Part shown: in pieces, positions 52,502 through 62,363 of the stretch
How positions within the stretch are numbered: position 1 is the stretch's first letter
Layout of the letters: every line of letters begins with the position of its first letter
From: a virus
IMG/VR virus record: IMGVR_UViG_3300045988_164842
Coordinates: 1-64,000 of that record
Strand: one strand, 5' to 3'
DNA length: 64,000 bases
Translations under genes and position numbers: made by a program
Notes under the pieces: generated by a model
The model's database searches: none
Seen by the model: the letters and a program-made list of their open reading frames with translations, nothing else
Told to the model about the DNA's origin: nothing

Positions 52502-52583
52502 GCTACCATGGTGAAATAGGAAGACACAGCGGACTTTAAGTTCGTTGAGGAAACTCATGTCGGTTCAAGTCCGACTGGTGGTT
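52502..52583 (+). tRNA. type II tRNA with anticodon UUA (reads UAA; ochre-suppressor type)
   Basis: Hand fold. Acceptor GCTACCA/TGGTGGT (2 G-U pairs). TG. D arm GTG-AAATAGGAAGA-CAC. Anticodon stem GCGGA/TTCGT. Loop C-T-TTA-A-G. Variable arm TGAG-GAAA-CTCA. T arm GTCGG-TTCAAGT-CCGAC. Discriminator T; no encoded CCA. Confidence 0.8.
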
Positions 52584-52611
52584 CTTAGATTTAAGAAAGG
52601 AAGTTCGTGTT

Positions 52612-52773
52612 ATGAGTGGAATATCGGTCAGCAAACTTCTTGCTGAAATCTACAATAAAAACCCAGAAAAATTTGAGATAACTCTTGTAAGAGATAAATA
52701 CGTCGTTGATGTTACGATGTTCTTGTCGAAGGAAGAATTATCTGAGATGCTGGATGAAAAATTTAAAGTGTAA
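52612..52773 (+). CDS. hypothetical small protein (53 aa)
   Basis: AAAGGAAGTTCGTGTT RBS. Hand translation begins MSGISVSKLLAEIYNKNPEKFEITLVRDKYVVDV. Below the ORF-track cutoff. Confidence 0.45.
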   Translation: MSGISVSKLLAEIYNKNPEKFEITLVRDKYVVDVTMFLSKEELSEMLDEKFKV

Positions 52774-52787
52774 AGGAAGTGTAATAA

Positions 52788-53102
52788 ATGACCCAGAAAG
52801 AATTTGTAGAAGCTGTTCAGGAAACACTCAAGAGAGAAAACTATAAAGTTTCTCAGGTTTCCTTAAACGCTCTTGTAAATGCAATAGGAGAAACAATAGT
52901 ACATTGTATCGCAAATGGAGAGAACGTTCGTATACCTTATGTAGGCAACTTCTCCGCCAAGAAAAGAAAAGGTTCAAAAACTGTCTGCCATTTTGGCGAA
53001 AACATTGGCAAGGTTTTTGAAGTTCCTGCAAAGATGAAGCCTAACTTTTCTCCGGCAAAAGCATACACAGATGTATGTAATGAAATGAAGTGTGAGGAAT
53101 AA
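52788..53102 (+). CDS. HU/IHF-family DNA-binding protein
   Basis: MTQKEFVEAVQETL...VSLNALVNAIGETIVHCIANGENVRIPYVGNFSAKKRKG...VPAKMKPNFSPAKAY follows the HU fold pattern. Confidence 0.75.
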   Translation: MTQKEFVEAVQETLKRENYKVSQVSLNALVNAIGETIVHCIANGENVRIPYVGNFSAKKRKGSKTVCHFGENIGKVFEVPAKMKPNFSPAKAYTDVCNEMKCEE

Positions 53103-54247
53103 TGGCTACTCAGGCGTTGATTGGTGGTAATCGAAAAAGAGTGGTATCGAGCAAGTGTAGTATGTGTGGAAAGTCTTATACAAACCAAGAAGATAATTTC
53201 CCGTATACTGCTTCTGTTCTTTACAAGCACAATAACTACCGTGCAACTATCTGCTACAATTGCCTTGCGAATGAATTGTATCCATACTACTTCAAAGAAT
53301 TTGGTAACGCAAATGAAACTATGCGTAGGATATGTATGCATATTGACGTTTATTATAGTGATACTATCGTAAACACATCGGCTGTAGCAAAGAAAAGCAA
53401 ACCTATAGAAAAAATAAAGGCTTACATCTCTCATGCAAACCTTGTTTCTTATAAAGGGAAAACTTTCGACACAACAATTGACGAAGAAGAGGGTTACACA
53501 TATGATAAAGATGATGTTCGTACATCTCTTACACTTGTAAACAAAAGAAAGATGGCAACTCAGATTACATCACTAACTTCTGAAAATGATAATCTCAAAG
53601 CTGAAATCACTTCCCTTAAAGATGAAGTTGACACTTTGAGAAAATCTGCCGAGTTGAAAAACCTTGATTCAGATGAAGCTCAGAACTTCAAGAATTGGGG
53701 TGAGGGGTTATCACCCTCGGATTATAAGGTTCTCAATGTTCAATACCAAGAGTGGATAGAGAAAAACATTGTGGAAGATAAAACAAGAGAAGTGCTTGTA
53801 AGGAAAATTTGTATCCTTTCTTTACTTAGCGATAAAGCTTTGAAAGAGGGTAATTTTAAAGAATACAACGATATTAATAAATGCTTTGTAGAAGCTTTAA
53901 AACTTGCTTGTCTTTCACCACAACAGATGGACGATATGAAAACAAGTGAGGGTGTGACTTACGGCACACTGATTAAAAGGTTTGAACAAGATGAACCGTT
54001 ACCTGAAATCTCTGATAAGTTCAAAGATGTGGACGGCATTGTGAGATATACCACTGTTTATTTTATCGGACATTTATGTGCTATGCTCGGAATAAAGAAC
54101 CGTTTCTCTGATGATTACCATAAAGAAATGGAAAAGTACAAAACCATGCTTGACGGTTTTGAGAATTCCACATCAGAGGAAGTTTTTGACTATTTATCTG
54201 AGAAGGGTTTTCCGACCGAGATAGGTGGTGAGGACAATTCTCAGTAA
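53102..54247 (+). CDS. putative terminase small subunit / packaging accessory protein
   Basis: Sits immediately upstream of and overlapping TerL. N-terminal Cys pairs (CSMCGK...CYNC) and a central coiled coil. Assignment is by synteny only. Confidence 0.35.
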   Translation: MATQALIGGNRKRVVSSKCSMCGKSYTNQEDNFPYTASVLYKHNNYRATICYNCLANELYPYYFKEFGNANETMRRICMHIDVYYSDTIVNTSAVAKKSKPIEKIKAYISHANLVSYKGKTFDTTIDEEEGYTYDKDDVRTSLTLVNKRKMATQITSLTSENDNLKAEITSLKDEVDTLRKSAELKNLDSDEAQNFKNWGEGLSPSDYKVLNVQYQEWIEKNIVEDKTREVLVRKICILSLLSDKALKEGNFKEYNDINKCFVEALKLACLSPQQMDDMKTSEGVTYGTLIKRFEQDEPLPEISDKFKDVDGIVRYTTVYFIGHLCAMLGIKNRFSDDYHKEMEKYKTMLDGFENSTSEEVFDYLSEKGFPTEIGGEDNSQ

Positions 54248-55964
54248 TCTCGATATTGTATATTTGAAATGCAAAAAAGGTCTCGGTAAATGGACGAAAT
54301 TCTACAGACATAACCCACATAGGCTTGCTTTAGAATACTTTGGTATGAAGTGGCTTACACCTATGCAGTGTATTCTAATTGACATTGTTCTGAAATTTCC
54401 GTATCTGATAATGATAGCTTCACGAGGCATGGGCAAGACAATTCTTCTTGCCGTATGTATCTGTATAAAAGCTGTTCTCTATCCGGGAATAAAAATTGTT
54501 ATATCGGCAGGTAAACGCCGACAGAGTCTTGAAATTATTTTGAAAATTCAGAGTTTCTGTATGGATAGTGAAAATCTCAGGCGTGAAATCGAAGATATAA
54601 AGGTTGGTCTTGCTGATGGTGGTATTGTATTCAAGAATGGTTCAAGTGTAACAATCGCTACTGCTTCTGAAAATGCTCGTGCAATAAGAGCGAACTGGAT
54701 TATTTATGATGAGTTTGTCAAGATACCAAAGATAATCATAGACACTGTTATAAGAAAATTCAAAGCCGGAGTTCGTGTACCTGTCTTTAAAACAAAACCT
54801 GAATATAAAAATTACCCAGATGAAGAAAACTGTGAAACTTATATTTCGTCTGCTACATATAAACATCATTGGGCGTGGTTAAAGTTCAAAGACTTTTTTA
54901 ATCTCATGGTTCAAGGAAAAGACTATGCGGTCTTAGGTTTTCCATGGCAATTTGCGGTTGCTCAGGGTTACTATCCTTTAAAGCAAGTTATAGACGAAAT
55001 GAATGAAGCAAGCTTTAATAGTGTTTCATGGTCTATGGAAATGGATAGTCTGTTCTATGGTGAAAGCGAAAACGCTTTCTTTTCATTCAACGAGTTCAGC
55101 AAGAATAGGGAAATCGTTTTGCCTGTATATCCAAAAGAATGTTATAAAGACCTAAGAGATAGTAAGTTTCGATATATCGAAAAGCAAGATGGTGAAATCC
55201 GCCTACTTGTAATGGACGTAGCTACGCAAGGTGGCGACAAAAACGACAACTCGGCTTATGTTCTGTATAGGCTTATCCCCGATGAGAACAACCAGTATAC
55301 CCGTTATATTTCCTATATAGAAGCTGTAAATGGAGGACACTCCCTTGACCAAGCTTTGAGGTTCAAATATCTTTACTATAATCTCGATGTTGACTATGTA
55401 GGTATTGATGCTTTAGGTGTCGGTACTGGTGTATTCGACAATCTCGTTATCGAAATCAGAGATGAAGAAAAGGATATTGTGTATCCTGCATGGAACACGG
55501 TTGATGATGATAAAATGTCAGGGCGTTGTAAGATTAATGACGCTCCCAAAATTATCTATTCAATCAAAGCAAGTCAAATATTTAATAGTGAATGTGCTGT
55601 TCGCCTTAAAGATGATTTGCGTAGAGGAAAAGTCAAATTGCTCATAGGAGAGGAATCAGGTTCTGAAGAACTTGAAAAGATAAAAGGATTTGAAGAACTT
55701 TCTATTGAAACACAAACTCTTTTCAGGCTTCCCTATATTCAGACAACCGCTCTGGTGAATGAAGCCGTCAATCTTTCTTATGAAGTTCAGAATAACAACA
55801 TCAAAGTAAAAGAGGCTTCGGGTATGAGGAAGGATAGATATTCTGCGTGTTCATACGGAAATCAACTTGCTTCTGAAATTGAAAAAAATTTATACTTACC
55901 AAACGAAGCAACAAGTCTTAGTTCGCTTATAAGAATGAGGACACCTGTGTACGAAAGGCGGTGA
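54225..55964 (+). CDS. terL: terminase large subunit
   Basis: Walker A ASRGMGKT, Walker B IIYDEF, C-terminal nuclease-like region. GTG start overlaps the upstream gene, so the start is uncertain. Confidence 0.8.
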   Translation: MVRTILSNLDIVYLKCKKGLGKWTKFYRHNPHRLALEYFGMKWLTPMQCILIDIVLKFPYLIMIASRGMGKTILLAVCICIKAVLYPGIKIVISAGKRRQSLEIILKIQSFCMDSENLRREIEDIKVGLADGGIVFKNGSSVTIATASENARAIRANWIIYDEFVKIPKIIIDTVIRKFKAGVRVPVFKTKPEYKNYPDEENCETYISSATYKHHWAWLKFKDFFNLMVQGKDYAVLGFPWQFAVAQGYYPLKQVIDEMNEASFNSVSWSMEMDSLFYGESENAFFSFNEFSKNREIVLPVYPKECYKDLRDSKFRYIEKQDGEIRLLVMDVATQGGDKNDNSAYVLYRLIPDENNQYTRYISYIEAVNGGHSLDQALRFKYLYYNLDVDYVGIDALGVGTGVFDNLVIEIRDEEKDIVYPAWNTVDDDKMSGRCKINDAPKIIYSIKASQIFNSECAVRLKDDLRRGKVKLLIGEESGSEELEKIKGFEELSIETQTLFRLPYIQTTALVNEAVNLSYEVQNNNIKVKEASGMRKDRYSACSYGNQLASEIEKNLYLPNEATSLSSLIRMRTPVYERR

Positions 55965-57460
55965 GATGTATAGCAAAGAAAATAAAAAAGAATAATGACG
56001 TAGACAACCTTGAAAATGGGTTGCCTTTTTCTGTTTATGAGAAACTGCAAAAGTTAAATATTCAGGACGCAAATAGCGGCTACACCCCTTTTGAACATCA
56101 TCGTTGCGGTTTCTTCCCTATGAAAAGAGATAAGCTTTTCAGATTACTGAAAAATCCATACGTCAATTTCAAGGCTCTTATTAATCTGAGCATTGATTTG
56201 TATTACGGAAATATCATGTATCGGCGGCTTTGTGACACTTTAGCTGATATGATGTTGTATTCATATACAATCGCACCTACAGGAAATGCTTATGAAAGAA
56301 CGCCTGCGAATATAGCAAAGTGGCAAAAGGCTTATGCTACAGTCACAAAGAAACTCGAAGCTATGAATATCCAGCACAATGCAAATACAATAGCAAGAGT
56401 GGTGGTTCGTGAGGGTTGTTATTATGGTGTAAGCATAAGTAGTAAAATAAGTAACTTTATGCTGTACAGGTTTCCACATGAGTATTGCAAGATAACTTCT
56501 TTCGAGGACGGTGTTCCTTTATACGCCTTAGATTTAACGTATTTTTCAGACAAAGAAATTCTGATTAATTCTATAGGTGGAGAACTTCTTGAAGCTTATA
56601 CAGCTTTCAAAACAAATCAAAGAGAGAGATGGTATGAAATCAGCTCAAAGATTTCTGTCTGTATACTTGCTGATAACAGCACCCTCAGACCTTTGCCATT
56701 GTTTTGTGGTATTTTCCCAGACCTTTATTATCTCGATGATTATAAAGACCTTGCGAAGAACAAGAGAGAGATTGACCTCTATAAGTTAATTTCTATGAAA
56801 ATTCCTCTTGACTCTAAAGGAAATCTTATACTGCAAAATAAGTTTCTTACAGATTGCTACGACCAGACGGCAAACCAACTTCCCTCACAGGTAGGGTTGT
56901 CTATGTCACCTTGCAGTATTGACACAGTAGATTTCGATTCCTCGAACTCTACGACTGAGGACGTTACAGACAAAGCTACGAGGGATTTATATAGTACCGC
57001 TGGTATATCCTCTTTTCTTTTTAATAATGAGAATGCGAGTAGTAGTGCGTTACTTCAAAGTGTGAAAAACATGATGTCTTTTGTCAGACCCATTATGAAG
57101 AATATTGAAAACTGGATTAATCGTTGTTTGAAACTGCAAGCAGGGGTAAACTTCAAGGTAGTCTTTCAGTATGTTTCTATCTATACAAGAGAAACATATA
57201 TTGCCGAACTAAGAAAAGATATGCAATATGGTTTACCTGTAAAGAGTGCTTTAGCTACATTGGAAGATATTCCGGCAACAGACCTGACAGGCATGATGTT
57301 TCTTGAAAATAACGTGCTTGACATTCGCAGTCAACTTACGCCACCTGCAACGTCAGCTACTACCACTGTTGATGATATACAATCAGGTCGCCCTGAAAGC
57401 GATATGCTGTCCGATAGTGGTGAGCAAACAAGAGAAAGCGAGAGTAATGCCGAAAGATGA
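55961..57460 (+). CDS. portal protein (by synteny)
   Basis: 499 aa, directly downstream of TerL with a GTGA overlap. Acidic C-terminus. Confidence 0.6.
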   Translation: MRCIAKKIKKNNDVDNLENGLPFSVYEKLQKLNIQDANSGYTPFEHHRCGFFPMKRDKLFRLLKNPYVNFKALINLSIDLYYGNIMYRRLCDTLADMMLYSYTIAPTGNAYERTPANIAKWQKAYATVTKKLEAMNIQHNANTIARVVVREGCYYGVSISSKISNFMLYRFPHEYCKITSFEDGVPLYALDLTYFSDKEILINSIGGELLEAYTAFKTNQRERWYEISSKISVCILADNSTLRPLPLFCGIFPDLYYLDDYKDLAKNKREIDLYKLISMKIPLDSKGNLILQNKFLTDCYDQTANQLPSQVGLSMSPCSIDTVDFDSSNSTTEDVTDKATRDLYSTAGISSFLFNNENASSSALLQSVKNMMSFVRPIMKNIENWINRCLKLQAGVNFKVVFQYVSIYTRETYIAELRKDMQYGLPVKSALATLEDIPATDLTGMMFLENNVLDIRSQLTPPATSATTTVDDIQSGRPESDMLSDSGEQTRESESNAER

Positions 57461-57663
57461 TAAAGGTAATATCTGAAGAACTCAACAAGAAGCTACAAGC
57501 TAAAGGCTTTGTTCCTCTTTGTGTAGAAAGGTATACAAACGGAAACGGATATGTATACCAGAACAATTCTGAAATTATTGACTTTTTAAAGTTTAACAAC
57601 TTTAAAGGTCAATTTTTTTTCTGCCAAAAACTCAAATTTGAGAAAGGTGGTGAGAAAGAATGA
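57457..57663 (+). CDS. hypothetical small protein (68 aa)
   Basis: ATGA couplings on both sides. Confidence 0.5.
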   Translation: MIKVISEELNKKLQAKGFVPLCVERYTNGNGYVYQNNSEIIDFLKFNNFKGQFFFCQKLKFEKGGEKE

Positions 57664-58838
57664 AAAAAGCGAACCTGAAATTTCAGGCCACCTTAACGCC
57701 TGTAAAAGCGATTAATCCTGAACTTACTTTGTGTGAGTGCTTGGTTCAGTCTATAGGAAAAAACAACAACTACACGAATTTCAGCTATGACAATGTACTC
57801 AAAGCGTTGCCTACGCTTGATGGTATTCCTGTCATCGGACACGTCATGCAGAAACCTGACGGTACGCCGTATGTTGGCGGACATGATGAAAGTGTTGTCG
57901 TAGATGATGATGGTAACGTCAACGTGCAGGCTGTAACCGTTCCATATGGTTTTGTATACCCTGAAACTTCTCAGATTGTAAAAATCGTAGAGAACGGTGA
58001 GGTTAAAAATTACGTCAAGTGTGATGTTGTTCTCTGGACTGGACGATATCCTGAAATTGTTGAAGCAGGCTACAATAACTCAATTGACTACTGGCAGAGT
58101 ATGGAGATTGAGTATTCAAATGCTGTTGATTTACAGGAAGATAAAAGATATCTGGATATTGTTGATTACTGGTATCAGGCTTTATGTCTTCTTGGAAAAT
58201 CAGATACAGCAGATTACAACACAGAGCCTTGCTTTCCGTCTGCGAGCGTAAAGGCTTATAGTCTTTTGACAGACGAAACCTTTAAGAAAGAATTTGAAAA
58301 ATTCAAGCAGATTGTTAGCAAGAGTTACAAGAAAGAACCAGAGGTGAAAAACATGAGCGATATAAATACACTTGTAGCAGAGCCGTCTACAGAAACAGAC
58401 ACAAACAAAGGCTATTCTGACCTCGAAAGTGTTTACAAAGCAAAAATTGAATTGCTTGAACAGCAGTACAAGGCACTTTCAAAGGAGTTTGAAACTTACA
58501 AATCAGAGTACACAACCCCGGATTCCGAAGTGCAGGAACTTAGAGATTACAAAGCAACAAAGGAATTTGAAGAACACAAGGCGGAAATGGAAGCTGTCTT
58601 TGCGGACTTTGAAGACCTTAAATGCTTTACAGAATTTAAAGCTCTCATGGCTGATTATTCGGCTTATGAAACGGCAGACGCACTCAGAAATGCTTGCTAT
58701 GTAATTAGGGGGAAGAACGCCCAGACGGTTACATATTCAAAGCAGGTACAGACGCAGAAAGTTCCTGTTTATGACAATCCGCCAAAGGACACTGACGATG
58801 ACCCTTACGGTGGAGAATTTAAGGAATATTTTGAGTAA
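57660..58838 (+). CDS. prohead protease / scaffold fusion candidate
   Basis: N-terminal LPTLDGIPVIGHV...YVGGHD resembles the prohead protease (S78/U35) pattern. The C-terminal half is a Glu/Lys-rich coiled coil. Confidence 0.45.
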   Translation: MKKANLKFQATLTPVKAINPELTLCECLVQSIGKNNNYTNFSYDNVLKALPTLDGIPVIGHVMQKPDGTPYVGGHDESVVVDDDGNVNVQAVTVPYGFVYPETSQIVKIVENGEVKNYVKCDVVLWTGRYPEIVEAGYNNSIDYWQSMEIEYSNAVDLQEDKRYLDIVDYWYQALCLLGKSDTADYNTEPCFPSASVKAYSLLTDETFKKEFEKFKQIVSKSYKKEPEVKNMSDINTLVAEPSTETDTNKGYSDLESVYKAKIELLEQQYKALSKEFETYKSEYTTPDSEVQELRDYKATKEFEEHKAEMEAVFADFEDLKCFTEFKALMADYSAYETADALRNACYVIRGKNAQTVTYSKQVQTQKVPVYDNPPKDTDDDPYGGEFKEYFE

Positions 58839-58850
58839 AGGAGAAGATAT

Positions 58851-59357
58851 ATGGCAAATAAGCACATTGTTTGTATAACTGACGCTATGTCAGGTACAGA
58901 TGTTCGTACGGATATTCAGTGTGGTAAGTATTTCTATAATGACCTTACATTCATGGATATTGACAATGGAAGATTTCTCAAGATTGATAAGCTTATAAAC
59001 AGAAATATGTACAAGCTTGTTCCTGCGGAAGATACAACGCCTATTGACCAGTTGGCTCTTGTTGCTTCACCTGAATTTCTTCCAGACCCACGTTATCAGT
59101 GTCTTGATGATTTCTACAACCCGGCAGGTGAAGCTATTCGTTTCTACAGACTGAAACCGCATGACAAATTCAGCCTTAGCAAACTCGGCTTTCTTACTAC
59201 ACCAAAGGTTGGCGATAAGGCGTTTCTCAGCAAAGGTTCTCCGTCAAGCCTTTCCACTGCAACGACAACATCAAGTGATACAACTGCAATCGGGGAAATC
59301 ATTGACGCATTCATTCTCGGCGGTATTCAGTTTTATACTGTCGAAGTCGGAAAGTGA
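58851..59357 (+). CDS. head-associated protein (decoration or accessory, by position)
   Basis: 168 aa, between the scaffold and capsid genes. Confidence 0.4.
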   Translation: MANKHIVCITDAMSGTDVRTDIQCGKYFYNDLTFMDIDNGRFLKIDKLINRNMYKLVPAEDTTPIDQLALVASPEFLPDPRYQCLDDFYNPAGEAIRFYRLKPHDKFSLSKLGFLTTPKVGDKAFLSKGSPSSLSTATTTSSDTTAIGEIIDAFILGGIQFYTVEVGK

Positions 59358-59368
59358 GAGGTGATAAT

Positions 59369-60394
59369 ATGACACCAGAAGAAAGAAGAAATAAAAAAGC
59401 GAACATTATTTCATACATAATGGACGTTATCCACGGAAAAGCAAAGAAGTACGGAAACGAAGATAAAAAGAAGCAGAATGAAATTATCCGCAAAAAGCTT
59501 ATCGAGTGTAATGACGGTGCAATTCCTCATTCTTTCCGTGACATAAATAAGAAAAGTCTTGCTTTTGAAATTATAGAAGAAGTTATCACTATAACTTCAA
59601 GAGAGGGTCTTTCTGAAAATGATTTTTACAACAACTACGTTGAAGAAAAGACTGTCGGATATGGTGATATCTGTTCATTTAAGATTAAAAGAGAGTGGGA
59701 CTACGTAATGGCGGAAGCTTCGAGAGGTCTTCGTGAAGTTCGTCGTCAGCGTATTAACATGGGGGAAACCCTGACACTCACTCCAAAAATCCATGAAATC
59801 ACTGTGTATGATGAATACATTCGTGTTCTTTCAGGTCAGACAACTATTTCCGAAATGATTGAAGCTGTAACTAAAGCAAAGAAGAATGCAATCTTTCAGG
59901 ACATTTACACAGCTTTTCTCGGCGTTGGTTCAAAAGACCTTGGTACAAGATTTGCCCCGGTAGCAGGTACATATTCAGAGGACGCACTGCTTGACCTTGT
60001 TACAGCAGTTCAGGCGGCTAATAACGGTGGAAATGTCGTTATCCTCGCAACGCTTAAGGGAGCAAGAAAAATTCGTGCTACAGACGGTTCTGAAACAGGC
60101 AAGCAGAACATTTACGACTACGGCTATGAACTTAAATGGAATGGTATCCCTGTTGAAATTATTCCGCAGAAGTTCAAAGCAGGTACGGATGAGTTTATCT
60201 TTGACGACAATATTATTTATGTCATGCCTCTTTTAGGCGAAAAACCTATCAAGGTTTGTCATTTTGGTAGCGATTATCTCCGTGTTGGCGAGCCTACCGA
60301 CAATCACGATATGACGATTGACACAACTCTTATTTCTTTGTGGAACATCGCTGTTTTGGTTGGTAGAGAATGGGGCGTTTATAAGATGACCTGA
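59369..60394 (+). CDS. major capsid protein (by synteny)
   Basis: Start MTPEERRNKK follows GAGGTGATAAT. 341 aa. Followed by a strong terminator, as is typical for highly expressed capsid genes. Confidence 0.6.
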   Translation: MTPEERRNKKANIISYIMDVIHGKAKKYGNEDKKKQNEIIRKKLIECNDGAIPHSFRDINKKSLAFEIIEEVITITSREGLSENDFYNNYVEEKTVGYGDICSFKIKREWDYVMAEASRGLREVRRQRINMGETLTLTPKIHEITVYDEYIRVLSGQTTISEMIEAVTKAKKNAIFQDIYTAFLGVGSKDLGTRFAPVAGTYSEDALLDLVTAVQAANNGGNVVILATLKGARKIRATDGSETGKQNIYDYGYELKWNGIPVEIIPQKFKAGTDEFIFDDNIIYVMPLLGEKPIKVCHFGSDYLRVGEPTDNHDMTIDTTLISLWNIAVLVGREWGVYKMT

Positions 60395-60408
60395 TAGGGT
60401 CTATATAC

Positions 60409-60439
60409 AGGGCATGGGCGACTATGCCCTTATTTTTTT
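60409..60439 (+). terminator. intrinsic terminator after the capsid gene
   Basis: AGGGCAT(60409-60415)/ATGCCCT(60424-60430), then TATTTTTTT. Confidence 0.8.
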
Positions 60440-60458
60440 AAGAAAGCGAGGGAGAAAT

Positions 60459-60947
60459 TTGGCTGTAAAAACAAAAAAGGAAACACCTGTAGAAGAAACA
60501 AAGAAAGAAAAGCCTGAGTTTGACCGCAATCAAGAAGTTGCCGTCATTAACGGATTTGACGGAAAGATTGTTTACACATCAAAAAACGGCATATATTCTT
60601 TTGAGATGAATAGTTTTGGTGACAAAGAATATATCCCTGTCAGTGAACTTATTGTCATGAAGAATACAGCTTCATCTTTTTTCAAGAACAACTGGCTTTT
60701 GTTTGAGGATAAAAAAGTAATTGACTATCTGGGCGTTTCAAAGTTCTATCAGGGGACTTTGAGTGTAGAAGAAATTGACGCTCTTTTCGATTTGCCAACT
60801 GATAAAATGGTAGAAACAATTGCTCATATGCCTGAATGTCAGAAACGAAATATCCGTTTTAGAGCGGTTCAGGTTGTTTCAAATGGTTCAATCGACAGCA
60901 ACAAAAAGATTTCAGCCATCAAAGGTGCTTTCGGAATAGGTGATTAA
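60459..60947 (+). CDS. hypothetical structural-module protein
   Basis: TTG start after GAGGGAG. The ATG at 60414 lies in the loop of the terminator hairpin and is disfavoured. Confidence 0.5.
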   Translation: MAVKTKKETPVEETKKEKPEFDRNQEVAVINGFDGKIVYTSKNGIYSFEMNSFGDKEYIPVSELIVMKNTASSFFKNNWLLFEDKKVIDYLGVSKFYQGTLSVEEIDALFDLPTDKMVETIAHMPECQKRNIRFRAVQVVSNGSIDSNKKISAIKGAFGIGD

Positions 60948-60948
60948 T

Positions 60949-61413
60949 ATGACTTCATACGAAGAAATCTTTCAAATGTTTTTGCGTAGAGTACAAGACC
61001 ATGAAATCTTGAAATACAATTCGGCTATCCGTGAAGACTTACTTGAAAATATGCTCATTTCAGCCTGTAGTGAAATCTCCATTTTGGCAGGTGATAAAGA
61101 TGGATTACCCGAGCTACAGCGAAATGACGATGGAAAAGAGTTTGCAAGCGACCTTAGTTATCAACTGAAAGATGTTATCGTTATGGGTATGGTTTATCTA
61201 TGGTGTGAACGCTGCCTTAACGATACGGATAACTTTGTAAATGTATTGTCTGTCAATGGCTTGTCACAGTATTCACCTGCGAATCTTCTCTCTCAGCTTT
61301 TATCTATACGAGATAACAGCAAATATAACTTTGAAGTCAGGGCTATTCAGTGTGGTAATCAACTCGTAGGTTTCGGAAATCTCAGACCGCCGAAATTAGA
61401 AAGGACGAGCTGA
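60949..61413 (+). CDS. head-tail connector/adaptor candidate
   Basis: Start MTSYEEIFQMF follows GGTGATTAAT. Assignment by position only. Confidence 0.4.
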   Translation: MTSYEEIFQMFLRRVQDHEILKYNSAIREDLLENMLISACSEISILAGDKDGLPELQRNDDGKEFASDLSYQLKDVIVMGMVYLWCERCLNDTDNFVNVLSVNGLSQYSPANLLSQLLSIRDNSKYNFEVRAIQCGNQLVGFGNLRPPKLERTS

Positions 61414-62363
61414 TGGACTGGACTATATACGAAAACCTTGTTTCTGTTTGCGGTTCTGACAAAAGAGAAAGAATTCTTAATCACTCTAAAGAGATTATCA
61501 GAAAAAGAGATTTGGAATTTGTAGGCTGTAAAGATGTTATCATAGGCGGTCAAAATCAAAAGCTTGTAATAAGCAATGGAACAAGTGACTCCGAAAAGAA
61601 AATCAAATCACTTCCCGATGAAACATTTTATCTTGGTGATTATGTTCAATTCCGTGAAGCTTTCTGGCTTGTAACATCTGTAAATTTAGACGATGAAGTT
61701 TTCCGTTCAGGAACTATGACACTCTGTAACTTTGAAATTAGGTGGCAAAGAAAATCTGATAACGAAATAATTTCACGATGGTGTGTAGCTGAAAGTTCTG
61801 AAAAAGCAAGTGTAGATACTCAAAAGGTTCTCCGGTCGGCGAACGAGGAATTTGTTATTAAAGTTCCTTGTGATGAGGAAACGTCACAAATAGACATTAA
61901 TAGGCTTCTGATGATTTGCTATAAAGGTGGTAAACAAAAGACGTATCGGGTTACAAACACAAATCCTATTGATAACGCTGTTCCATCTGAAAACAAAGGC
62001 TACATTGTATGGAATGTGCGTCAAACGGCTTATTCAGATGAAAAGGATAATTCCGAATTACTTATTGCTGACTATGATGAAACAAAACCTACAGAACCTG
62101 TAAGGATAACGTATTCCGGACTACCTGAGATTCGTATTGGTAACAGGGGGAAAACCTTTACCGCTGAAACCGATAAGCAAGTTACGTGGAGATATGTTTC
62201 ACTTCCTGCCGATACTATGAAAATCTCGGCAAAACAAGATGATAATAAGTATGTAGTAAAAGTTGACAATGATTTTTCTCTTATAGGCAAAACTATTAAA
62301 CTGGTATGTTCTGTAGACGGAACAGAGTCTGTTTTGCTTATAAGTATTATAGGGGGTGTGTAA
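61413..62363 (+). CDS. structural-module protein (316 aa)
   Basis: TGATG coupling; no motif. Confidence 0.55.
   Translation: MDWTIYENLVSVCGSDKRERILNHSKEIIRKRDLEFVGCKDVIIGGQNQKLVISNGTSDSEKKIKSLPDETFYLGDYVQFREAFWLVTSVNLDDEVFRSGTMTLCNFEIRWQRKSDNEIISRWCVAESSEKASVDTQKVLRSANEEFVIKVPCDEETSQIDINRLLMICYKGGKQKTYRVTNTNPIDNAVPSENKGYIVWNVRQTAYSDEKDNSELLIADYDETKPTEPVRITYSGLPEIRIGNRGKTFTAETDKQVTWRYVSLPADTMKISAKQDDNKYVVKVDNDFSLIGKTIKLVCSVDGTESVLLISIIGGV

Noticed and set aside
52502-52583. Alternative reading of the tRNA as an ordinary tRNA-Leu(UAA) or tRNA-Lys(UUU).
   Set aside because: Shifting the anticodon-stem register breaks the 5-bp stem and the U33 / purine-37 rule. The only canonical 7-nt loop is CUUUAAG, which gives anticodon UUA.
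60414-60458. The ATG at 60414 as the start of the post-capsid gene.
   Set aside because: That ATG sits in the loop of the strong terminator hairpin and has no RBS. A TTG at 60459 with a GAGGGAG RBS is more plausible, although still uncertain.
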